Part shown: positions 52,827-64,000 of the stretch, piece after piece
How positions within the stretch are numbered: position 1 is the stretch's first letter
Layout of the letters: each line of letters opens with the position of its first letter
DNA from: Schmidtea polychroa
Lineage: Eukaryota
DNA length: 64,000 bases
Assembly: GCA_044892525.1 (NCBI GenBank)
Contig: CM097885.1
Coordinates: 30,692,001 to 30,756,000, forward strand
Reading direction: 5' to 3'
Program-made: the position numbers and the translations under genes
Notes under the pieces: model-generated
The model's database searches: none
Seen by the model: only the letters and a program-made list of their open reading frames with translations
What the model was told of the DNA's origin: nothing

Positions 52827-53064
52827 TTAATTTCTTTCAAAAGTTTGGTTTCCAAATATTTCTACTCAGTTTCTAAATCAAAAAAAATAATTTTCATTAT
52901 TTCACCATAAAAATACATGATAAATATTTCATTTTATAATTATTTCGCTGGATAAATAAAGCCTTCAAAAATTTAAACAAAAATAGATGCATTCCTTATG
53001 ACAATTGTTTAGAATTTACTGTATATTGTTACTGTATATATTACTGTATATTAAATATATATAT

Positions 53065-54893
53065 CAGGGACCGCGGAGCCGGGGGGCTGGGGGGCTTTAG
53101 CCCCCCCACTTATCTTGCCACAGAAAAAAATTTGGACCCTTCCTTTCAGTCACTAAATCTTGTGAACATAGCACAGCGATATTTGGCAGTGTATGGTATG
53201 CCAGTATGTTCCTATGATTTTAAAGAAGCATATTGAAAATTATTAAGAATTAAAGACTTGCTGGTTTTATCAATCGTACTGCATAATTTCATTTGACTTT
53301 ATTCAATTTATATATTTTATAACTGACTTCTTAATTGTTTTATCGCACTACTAACTTACTACTACGCGTTTTGAATTCATTTATTTATTCGAGTATTAAC
53401 AATGACAGGTGAGCACTGAATCATTATTTCAATTAATAATGTATGATAATCAGTTTTTTATTATGAATGTACCGATTGCTTTGACGTGAAGTTCTTGAAT
53501 TAAAAACCGCAATTTATTATTTAAAAAATGGATTTTTAATTCTGAGGATATTTATTGTAAGCCTGCTTCACAACCAAATTTTCAAGAATTGTGATCTATT
53601 TAATTTTCACGTATTTTCATATTCCCATTTTGTGCAATTCTTAAATATAATAAAAAGTAGCATCCCTATATGGGTTGGATTTTGTCCTTCTGTGCTTCGG
53701 GAACATGAAAATTTCAAAAGCTACGGTATCGTTTTTAGTTATTTAAATGCTATCGGTTCGTTCAATCACTGAGTGTTAAGATAAATTTATGGATGCTGGT
53801 TAGCTAATTACTTGTTTGATTCGTGCCTCGACTGCTCCCAGGACAAGTCTACGTAAGTTTGTACGCCTGCTATCCTACCATATACTTTTTAGCGTAAAAC
53901 CGAAACAAAAAGGAAGTAATAATATAAATTTTGACATATTATTAGGAATTAGAATTCATATTTTATAAATGTTCAAACATAACTGTTTTATCTTTACAGA
54001 TCCTCCTCCCAAGAAAAGAAGGCAGTCCACACTCGATATTTTTGTTTCCAAATTTACTCCGCTTCAAACAACCAGCACTGTGGAGATTAACGAGGAAAGT
54101 CATATGATAACGTTACCACAAGAAGTTATTGAAAAAGAAATAGTACCAAGTTCTGATTCATGTTCAGAAAGAAATCATCCTGAGAAAAGCAATAAACTTA
54201 TTGAATTAACCAGTACTACTCAACAACCCAACATGGAATTATTCCAACCAATGAATATTGAATTTCCGAAAAGAAATTTTGGAGAGCAGAATCGGTCATT
54301 TCAGAGCTGTTGGTTTCGTGAGTTCCCGTGGTTACACTATCGGATTGAAAGTGATACTGTTGTCTGTTTCATGTGCAAGAAACAAAATTCACTTATGAAC
54401 TTGGATTCAGCTAGAAATAAAGAAAATGCATTCATTTCTGACGGATTTTCAAATTGGAAGAAGGCTACAATGCGATTTCGAGAACATCAGTTATCTGAAT
54501 GTCATAAAACTGCCATAAATTTTGAAGTAACAATTCCAAGCACACATCGTCCCATTATGGAAATGTTCTCAGAGAGTATGAAGAAAGATCGGGAGGATAA
54601 TCGTCGATGCCTTATAAAGCTAATTGAAAATGTACAGTACCTTGGGAGACAAGGACAAGCCATTCAAGGAGATACAGATGAAGAATCAAACTTTCAGCTG
54701 ATTAAACTCAGAGCTCGAGACAATGCGGCACTAACCCAATGGATTAAACGAAGAGGGAGTAAATACACCAGCCACGAAATACAGAATTACATACAATTGC
54801 CCTTCCTCTTCTCTAGATAGAGGTCTATCGAACTTTACGACTTGCTGATATTAGCCCCCCCCCCCCAGCTCAAAAACTGTTCTGCGGTCACTG
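53065..54893 (+). mobile_element. internally deleted hAT (ZMYM1/TTF-type) element
   Basis: TIRs CAGGGACCGCGGAGC / GTTCTGCGGTCACTG; ORF 53969-54820 with RSFQSCWFREFPWLHY, GFSNWKKA...H..SECH and KYTSHEIQN motifs. Confidence 0.88.
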
Positions 54894-54997
54894 TCTATAT
54901 ATATATTTTATTTTTATATTTTTATATTTTATTTATATATATATTTTGATTATAAGAACGTTTATTTCTTCCAATTTCACCACTTATTATTTTATCC

Positions 54998-55186
54998 ATT
55001 GAATTAAAAAGAGAGTTTGAAGACTATAAATCAGTAATATATCAATGTTTGTTGATAATCACGAATTTTCGGTACTGCCTTTTTTTGAAAATTCTCTTGA
55101 AAAAGGCAGTGCCGAAAATTCGTGAGTATCAACAAACATCGATATATTACTGATTTATAGTCTTCAAACTCTCTTTTTAATTCAAT
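54998..55186. repeat. near-perfect palindrome (~87-bp arms), Penelope pLTR-like
   Basis: Arms are reverse complements with 3 mismatches; related to 4880-4930. Confidence 0.8.
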
Positions 55187-56970
55187 ATATATTTTTATTT
55201 ATATTATTTTTAGTTTTACAGGGGTACTTAGACATTTTATTTAACATGTCATAAATATGAATTCTTTCACAATTTCCTTTTCTGGCACCTAACTTATTAT
55301 CATGAACAGCAATAAATATGAAGAACAAAATGAGTGACCTTTCTTTTCACAAATTTTACATCTTTGATTGACATTCTTGTTGGTTGACCTTCAATTGAAA
55401 CATGAAAGGATCATGACACCTTTTATACACTCTTTTGTATATTTAAGTTCTTTTTGATATATAAATCAAATCAACTGCATTACAACGCGATGAAAATAGA
55501 CTTTTACAACGTCATATATAGCTAAGAAGGAGGAATCAAGAGATATAACCATCACTATAGATTCCTCATGCCGGATTTCACCCGAAGAAAGTTTTGATAT
55601 ACATTGTGATATTGAAATTCAATTAAATTCCACATTTATTTCTTATTCTATTATCTTTATTGTTGCGAGTAGATGGTAGAATGTAAGGGCAATGTGACAA
55701 TGTTTAGGATATTAGCTTAATGGGGGAGGATATCAGTATGACATTTTTTATTAAAAATTGCATGTTAGAGAAGAATTTTCACTATAATTACTTTTCTCAT
55801 TATTAATTATAATATTTTGATAAACATTTATTATTGAGTTTACACAGTGCTTCTCAGTCAGCTGTGTGGCCTCTGCAAAATAAACATTGCAAATTTACTA
55901 ATTTCAAATTGGATTTTAAAATACGCAACAGTAGATGGATATGTCCCTTCCACACCATGTTCCATTCACACCACTATCCCCCTGGAGATTATCCAGGCCA
56001 ACTCGTAATTTTATAACGAATACGAAAATATATAGTCTTTTGTAGAGAAAAAATGCATAGTTTCCATGGAAATGAGCTCCAAAGTCTTTAATTTACGCCA
56101 TAATTTAACAACTTCTATATATTATTCTTCTATATTATGACTTCTATATATTATCACACCAGTCTTATATTATAGAATTAAAATCGTATACTTCAAAACA
56201 CGAGACAGTGAATAACATCAGCATCAAATGTCATAATGTAACATCATTCATATATTATCAAACATAGAAAATCTTATATTATAAAAATAAAATCATATTC
56301 TTCAACACACGGTGGGACAATGAGCAAAAGCTTTAATAAAATACTTAGAAATTTTTTTTTTAAAATATGAAAGTACTTTAAAGTGAAGGTCACACCACTT
56401 GACTTGAAATTTTGAAAAATAAAAATGACTGGATAAATTTTGGAAAGTTTAGACTTAGAAATTTATATATAAAAATACTGGGGAAAAATCAACAAATTAC
56501 TAATAAAAAAATCGAATAGGATATTTACAAAATATTTCCAAATCAAAAAATCCTCAAAATAAATTTCCCAAAATTTAAAAAGTCCCAAAATTATTTTCCC
56601 CAAATTTTAAAAAGCCCCAAAAAACAAATTTCACAAAATTTCACAAATCAAAATTTAAAAAAAGGTCCAAGAAACTAAAGTCTAATTTTTTAAATCAAAC
56701 ACAAAACTCACATTCCAAGTTATTCAAATAAAAGATTAAAATCATCAACCTACAAACCCACCAATCGCCGCCCGAAGGGGAAAGCGCGGTAGTTAGTAAA
56801 TTAAAATAATAAATAAATGAATAAATAAATAAATAAAAAAATTAAAGATTGAAAAATATTTTTAAAGATATATATTAAACCATTCATCTAATTACACACA
56901 CACACACACACACACACAAATCTGTAAATATTTCAATCATTTTGAATTTCTCGAACTGTTTCTTGCTTCA

Positions 56971-59460
56971 TCATATCACTTTCATGTCATCAAGTTCATC
57001 GCTACCTAAATAATACCCAAATGCAAGACTAGTATTTTTCTCTACCCATAATCGCTTATCATCATTGTTTGACAAGGCGATTTTTATATTTTTAAATGTG
57101 TAAAGTTGATAGTTAAGCAACCATATCCTAGATTGTGGTACTGAAAATATCTCATTAGTGCCATAACAATCGAGATATGATTGCTGACTAATTTTAGTTC
57201 CCACTAAATTAACTCCTTTTCCTTTCATACGAGTCTTAGTGCCTAAGATTTTGGTCTCAAGAAAACCAGTTCACTATATCCAAGTCCCTTACTCTCATTC
57301 TTAAACTTGCCGATAACAGAATCGAGTTTTCTATAATATAAAGGATGTGAAGGATCATAATTGGATGTGTCAAGCAGATTATCTCTAATCATTGCCGGTA
57401 TTAATACATCTAATTTACAGTCTTTATCTCCGACAACAATATTTATTTTACAATTAAACTTGCACCTATACTAGTCCAATTCAATATATTGAAGTTGATG
57501 CATGCGCAGTTTAGACAGATCTAGTACAGACTGCTCAATATAGTTGGATCTATCTAAACAGATTTGATCCTTATTCAACTAAATCACGAGCAATTGTGAT
57601 AGATTTTCTAAATTGAGGTTTTGATGCATATGTAATAAGCTTTTCGGCGGAGTTCATGCGCCTTTTTAAATTTTCGACTGATTTACCATATAGGCTATTA
57701 TTATAAAGCTTAAATAAATCTCTATAAAGCTAGCTAGTAGAAGTCGCATGTAATTGCGTGTTTTCATCAATATATGTTTTAAAGATTGATGCTTGTTTAA
57801 ATTTAATTGCACGATGAACATTTACAACGACTGCTCCCAATTCAATATAAAATTTAAAAAGTCTCCAATAAAGAACATGGTTCTTTTTGGGCGAATGCGT
57901 GAGCATCAACTTTTCAACTTTAGAACCGGGTGGACACATCTTTTCCGGAGCAAGAGGAAGATCGTTCAAATAATCATGCAACAGATTAGGGATATTTATA
58001 TCGACTTCCATAGTTACTATGGCATAGTTTAACCATATGAAAGTGTTTCAATATCCGAATTTATCCACTCATGCAATATAGATTCAAGATTATTATAAAC
58101 CCAAGTAAAATCGGCATACGGAAGTTTTTGGCTAAGAGCCCAACCATACAGATTATCTGTATTCTCTGAAGTTGAAACATGATGCTTGTTAACAAATGTC
58201 AAACCACCTCGTGTTCCTACATCATAAAAATTGAACATTTCCATATGTTGCAAAAGTTCGATCGGCTCTTGTAACATCATGATTGCTGATGCCCATGACA
58301 TACCAGGAATGCCATAGAAATTCAGAGGTTCAAGACCATTGTTGGAAATAATCAGCCAAGAGAAATACATCTAATTTAAGATAAGTTGACATGTAGTCCA
58401 AAAGATTATTACAATTCTGCCGAGTCCAAATTTGTTGGGTAGTAGCATATTCATCTGCCGTGACACCATCCAAAATTGGTGGCAATTCAAGAGTAGATTC
58501 TAGAATTTCTAATGAAGTAGCAAAATTATAAGTGAAAATGCCTTTACAAGTCATAATAGAACCTTCAAAAGCAGATGATGTCAAAGGAAGATCCGACAGA
58601 GTTTTTACAGCCTTTGCCAAAAAACAATTAACAAATTGCATACTATCGATAAAACGAATAGCCAATTTTTTGATATAAGAGATTGATGATATAAATTTTT
58701 CAGTCCTAGTAGATATAATATTCAACTCCCACGATGGAAAATTATCAGGACCAAATTTCAAAATATGATGAAGGTCATACTCCCTCAAGTTATGAGAGAC
58801 TACAGGAAGCTGTTTTTGAATTCGTCGAGAAATATTACATTTACTACAAGCAGCACCAAGAATAATAGATAATAAAAGAATAATAGATAATAAGCGAATA
58901 ATAGATTTTTACAAAGATAACAGGTTTTAGAAAAACTGAAAGCACGATTTTCGGCCCAAGTCATAGTTTTTAAAGGTGTTTTGCTATGAATTTCATAATA
59001 AGGGATAACTATTGTGTCAGCAATCTCTTCAATCTTACACAAAAATCCCCAAACACAATCAGTACCAATAAAATTATAATATGATTTTGGATTTGTGTAG
59101 TTGTTAATTAGTAAAAGGATAATATTGGATAATGTATTTGATGATGTATTAGATCTTTAAGTAAAACCGATTCGAAATCGGCATAAATTACAAATGGTGA
59201 CGTAATTGTTTTTGCAAAATTTTCGAATTGCAAGTTTTTATTTGTAGGAAGAGTGTAAAGAGTCGTTCCTATCTGATTTTTACTACACAATGTAACATGT
59301 CTATCATAAGCATGTTGTAATCGAAATCCATTAAGGCAATGAGGGCACCAATTAACTCTTATTCTTATCGAGCAATCTATATTAGGATGACAATTCATTA
59401 AACGCTGCGAGTTGATAATGGCCGTATTATGATAGTTATCAATATCAATAGTTATTAATA
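56971..59460 (-). pseudogene. heavily decayed pPolB of a third Polinton related to the outer element
   Basis: Fragments colinear with 10453-13080 (FVIYADFESVL, LAPEKMCPPGSKVEKLMLTH, NDDKRLWV). Confidence 0.92.
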
Positions 59461-59662
59461 AAAGTAATAATCATTGCTTGACTAACTTAGAACAGCTCTT
59501 ACCAGCTTGAAATAATCGCCATTCCGATAATAAGAAGACAGTATTATAGTGAACAAATCACTAGAACTGGTCGATAAAATTACATGCAGAACAGGGAGAG
59601 AGATTTCCCACACCTAAATGTATTTGTATCATGTTGTCATCAGTATCAATAGACATACCACT

Positions 59663-59885
59663 AGAGTAGGTGGATGTGGGCTCCCCAGATCAGATGCCCT
59701 CTGCATCACATATACCCCCTCCCCCCGGGAAAATTTTTTTTAAAAATAAAAGGTCAAGGTCATTTTTTTTAAATTGATCCAGAGGGCCCTTACTTTTTTT
59801 CATCCCAAAAATTAATGTTCCCGCCAACAGATTTTATTGGACGATACCTCATCTTAAAGCTCAGTGCAAGACCTTTAAGATGTGC
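59663..59885 (+). repeat. degenerate Polinton TIR-like end
   Basis: AGTAGGTGGATGTG...CCCCCGGG AAAATTTTTT...AAGGTCA and TTAAAGCTCAGTGCAAGACCTTT resemble outer TIR segments. Confidence 0.5.
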
Positions 59886-61492
59886 TAGGATTAAAATTTA
59901 TAGGAAAATCACCTAAATTTTATCTTAAATTCAAACCAAAATTATCATTTATTTTCATTTGTCATTAGTAGACAATTTTCAGGGATAAAAAATATCATAA
60001 ATTATTAAATATATTTATAAAAAATCAGCCAGCGCCAGTAGTATAAATTATAGGTCGAAGAGATAAAAAATATTCACGTCCCTATGCACTGTAACCATTT
60101 ATTAAGCTCCCTCACTGATATCTTTCTCATTTGAAGATAAAAAATACAAACAGTTCAGTGTATTATTTAAACCCTATTTTCATGAACTTGTTTAACTGGC
60201 GTCATCTGGGTTCATCACATCCTTAGCATCCCGGTACTATACGTTATTATATTAATTAAAATACTTTAAAATAACTTAATTATACATTTTCTCATATTAA
60301 GTAATTGTCTGTGACTGAAACTAAGAATTTGAATGTCGGAAACTAATATAAAATTAAGATGAAATAAGTTCTCACCGAGACAATAAAAACGACTTTTAGA
60401 TGACATTTAAGAACATAAAAATTGAGTATTGTAAAACACGCCTTAAACAAATAATTAATACGCGTGCTAATATTAATATTATTACTAATATCGTTCTAAT
60501 ATCGGTGCTTATGATTGTAATTGATCTCAGATTTTCTAAAAAAAATCAATATTGCATCGGTCAACAACCAATCATTTTGCTTCTCTATGTATGCGCATGT
60601 GTGCGTGTACGCGTGTATATGATTATCGGTAATTGTAATGATTTTATTGTACAACTCAGCCAGAATTACATGTCAATCGGTTCGGAATATTTCTCGGAAA
60701 ACAGAAGATTTTCGATTTTCAATGTCAATCAACAAAGCGATTTTAACAAAATCAAAGAAGAAGCCGTTAAACAGGTTAATAATATCTATTTGATAATTTT
60801 AATTAATTAATTTGATATTCAAATAATTTACATAGAAAATTAATTTTACTTTATTACTGTTGCTTCAGAAAAAATGTCTGGAAGAAAGTTGTTTTTAACC
60901 TTTCTCAAGTAGCATTTTTTATAAATAAACTGCTTGATTTTTTTTATATAATTCCCATTTCAGGGACTAAAATGAGTGTTAATTTAAAATTGAATATATC
61001 TGATGTTAACATAGAATATCCAATGATGCGAGTTATGATAGGAATACTTTTTCCTTCATCCCAATGGAGTATTTCTATTTATTTCGTCGCTTTCTATTAA
61101 AGTAATTTGTAAATCGACATGGTTATCTTTCAAGGTCTCGCCAATTATGTCAGGAATCCACAATATTATGCATATAAAATTCATGATTTTTCATTCTTTC
61201 GGTTTGTCCATCTGTAACGCTGTTAATGAAATATTTAAATTTGTCAAAAAATTCGCATCAATATTTAGCTTTAATTTTAATTTCGTTGATTTTGTTTACC
61301 ACAAAAATTATTACGGAAATTTCTGTGAAAATAATTATTATACACCCGTCAAAAATCACAGAAAACAAATAATGAATAGATTTCAAAAAGGATTTCATTT
61401 ATTTGTTACAACTGAAATGCGATTTGATTGGATTATCTATTCAATAGATTCTATTGGATTGTCTTGACAGATCGACATGTATGTCAAAGAAA

Positions 61493-61534
<42 letters not shown>

Positions 61535-61547
61535 GATTATTATTATG

Positions 61548-61579
<32 letters not shown>

Positions 61580-61610
61580 ACAAAAAAAATATAATATAAG
61601 CCTTTTCATG

Positions 61611-61713
<103 letters not shown>

Positions 61714-61802
61714 TATAAATTATTCCTGATATACTTACTATGCAATATTCTTGATAATAATATCATTTTTAAAGAAATTATAATTTCAATTATTTATTCT
61801 AG

Positions 61803-62501
61803 ATGGAACAATTAGTTGCTTCAACTCAAAAAATTCACGAATTAGAAGATGTAAATTATTTTTTACAAAAAGAAAATGCTGGTCTTTCAAAGGACATTGA
61901 AAATTTAAAAAAAGAATTAATCAGAAAAGATTTAATGGAAAGTGAATTACTCCAAAGAAATGAAGATTTAGCAAGAAAAGTTACATTATTAAATATTAAT
62001 AAAGAAAATAGAAAATTTGAAGAATTATCTGAGCAACTTTTACATTTTGATCCGGTTTCAAAAAATCTAAGAGAAAAGGAATTGTTGAGTAAATTTCGTC
62101 ATTGTCAATATGAAATTGAAGCATTGAAAGAGAAAATAAATGATTTAAATAAACAAATCAAGTCACGAAATGAAGAAATAAAAATTATTTCTTTTGAATT
62201 GAAAAGATTAAAAGTCTACAATGTAGAATTACAATCTCATGCCGAAGTCGCCACTGATAATCGGACGAAATCAGAATTATTGGCGATTTTAAGATCTCGA
62301 ATTGAAGAGAAAATCCACTGGGAAACATACGCAGAAACTCTTTTGAGAATGATTTTAGTTAAATGTCCTGATATACTTGAAGTTACTGCTATTAAACGGT
62401 ATTGTGAAATTAGTTCAAGTGAGCTCGTCGACATGTGGAACTTCCACATCAATAAGGTCATTAATGAGTGTGAACTTGTTTCCAAATATAATACTTCGTG
62501 A
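61803..62501 (+). CDS. host coiled-coil protein, terminal exon, with Rab11-FIP RBD-like motif
   Basis: Long coiled coil followed by YAETLLRMILVKCPDILEV; splice acceptor TTCTAG at 61802. Confidence 0.6.
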   Translation: MEQLVASTQKIHELEDVNYFLQKENAGLSKDIENLKKELIRKDLMESELLQRNEDLARKVTLLNINKENRKFEELSEQLLHFDPVSKNLREKELLSKFRHCQYEIEALKEKINDLNKQIKSRNEEIKIISFELKRLKVYNVELQSHAEVATDNRTKSELLAILRSRIEEKIHWETYAETLLRMILVKCPDILEVTAIKRYCEISSSELVDMWNFHINKVINECELVSKYNTS

Positions 62502-63339
62502 AATGATTTTCCTGCTCCCCTAATGGAGATTGAGATTTCACTTTTATTTATTTCAGTAAGAGAAAAAGTTTTTTTTGAACTTTTTTTCAAATTATTTACG
62601 ATAAAAATTATCATTTATTCTTCCAAATCCGGCTTGTAGATTTGATTAATTTTTTTAACAGTTTATTTTAATTAATTTTCGCTTTGGATTTCTCATGTTT
62701 ATTTTGTACAATTTGTTTTGTATTTATTTTTTATCAAAATTTTTTTTATTTTATTATTAAGAAACTGTTGAGAGCATATTTATTGAAAATTGGAATATCA
62801 CTATTGTTTTAATATTTAAAATATTATTATTGGTGGGTTACAGGTTACCAAAATTACACCCTTCTGAGCTGCTTTCAGTGTAATCCAGAATACAATGTTT
62901 CCCTGCTACTAGACAACCGTTAAATAAGCAACTTTGGTCATGTGTCAAATGGCGAATGTTAGTAATAAGATAGCTCACTCTGGTGAACTATAATTAGCTA
63001 AAAATTCTTATGGTCCAATTTAGTTTAAGGTCCCTGCTGTCGTTTAGCGCTCAATGGAAAGTAAAAGAATTGTAAAAATCTAGACCTACATAATTCATTT
63101 AAATTTATATTACACAAAGACTAATTTTTTATCGCAAATTTAATCGACTTGAAAATGGACATAAATTATTTCCCATTTCAGACTAGGACTCTGAATTTCA
63201 TCATTGACCAAATGTTTTGGATCTATGAAAAAAAACTCTCCATGGGCAGTTTTTTATCATAGGTTTTAAAATAAATAAATAATGTCTACAGTATTCATAT
63301 TATAAATGCTGGATCCATAAAACATTTTTATGTCGTTAA

Positions 63340-63523
63340 CCGTTTGCGGACGGAATTAATTTTAATAAGTAGTATTTTTTAGCATAATTTTTTTCAATAT
63401 ACGAATACCCGATATCGTTGTATGATTTTTTAATGTTTGCCCAGTACAGCTGGCCATTATACATTGTAGAACGTCTGGAACAAAATTCGTGGCCAGCAGT
63501 GCTGGCCTAACGTCCGCAAACGG
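63340..63523. mobile_element. piggyBac-like MITE
   Basis: 13-bp perfect TIR CCGTTTGCGGACG flanked by TTAA on both sides. Confidence 0.85.
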
Positions 63524-63552
63524 TTAAAATGAAACTAGAATAATTCGAAGAG

Positions 63553-64000
63553 ATGATCATAAGAATGAATGACGAGGAACTAAACAATTATCTTTTTAAA
63601 AATAAGTTGTTGCATTGTGAAATTACGTGTTCTGTAAAATGTATAGCTTCTTTAAGTTACGAAAAGTGTTCAAGTTTTACCGACTCCTTTTGCTTCAGAT
63701 GTTGTACTGCATCGTGCAACCAGTATAGAAAGAGAATTTCGATCCGGGCATGATCTTTTTATAAAAACATTGCTAAGGATATAAGAACGGTCTGAAAAGT
63801 CTTACTAAAATGGAGTACCGGACAAAGCCAATCCTTAATACTACAATGCATCTACTTATCATAAAATTATGAAACTCTTAATTACTAAGATGGATGTCGA
63901 TAATAAAAATGGAAGAAAACTTGGAGGACCCGGAACGATTATACAAGTTGATGAAACAATGCTCAACATTAAATGTAATAGTCATCGGGGTCGTTCCCCA
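63553..64000 (+). pseudogene. Merlin/ISXO2-like transposase fragment
   Basis: Zinc-ribbon-like FCFRC....C..YRKRISIR and KLGGPGTIIQVDETML...SHRGR. Confidence 0.75.

Overview
Very AT-rich eukaryotic genomic DNA with short (~40-50 nt) GT-AG introns, probably an invertebrate. A planarian-type flatworm is plausible but not provable from this window. Host genes: the 5' part of a beta-tubulin gene at the left edge and a coiled-coil exon with a Rab11-FIP-like C-terminus near the right edge. Half the window is a nested pair of endogenous Polinton/Maverick (adintovirus-like) elements. The outer element (8364-40972, AGTAGT termini, imperfect 6-bp TSD) is decaying, has spliceosomal introns in many genes, carries TIRs densely packed with AP-1 and NR5A/ERR-type motifs, and encodes a Bcl-2-like protein, an IAP-type RING protein, a TBP-like protein and a SIM-rich protein. 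The inner element (16941-31389, perfect TACTTA TSD, ~990-bp TIRs) has a different architecture, sits in a predicted intron of the outer protease gene, encodes a zinc finger-PLA2-integrase fusion, and carries a tRNA-like Pol III gene and a self-inverted 274-bp cassette in each TIR. The outer element interrupts one arm of a ~2.8-kb-arm inverted duplication, and the other arm preserves the empty insertion site. The rest holds a Gypsy LTR element, several hAT derivatives, a piggyBac-like MITE, a Merlin/ISXO2-like fragment, Penelope-like remnants, a third Polinton relic and many (ATT)n/(AT)n microsatellites. All family assignments come from motif recognition by eye; no searches were run.
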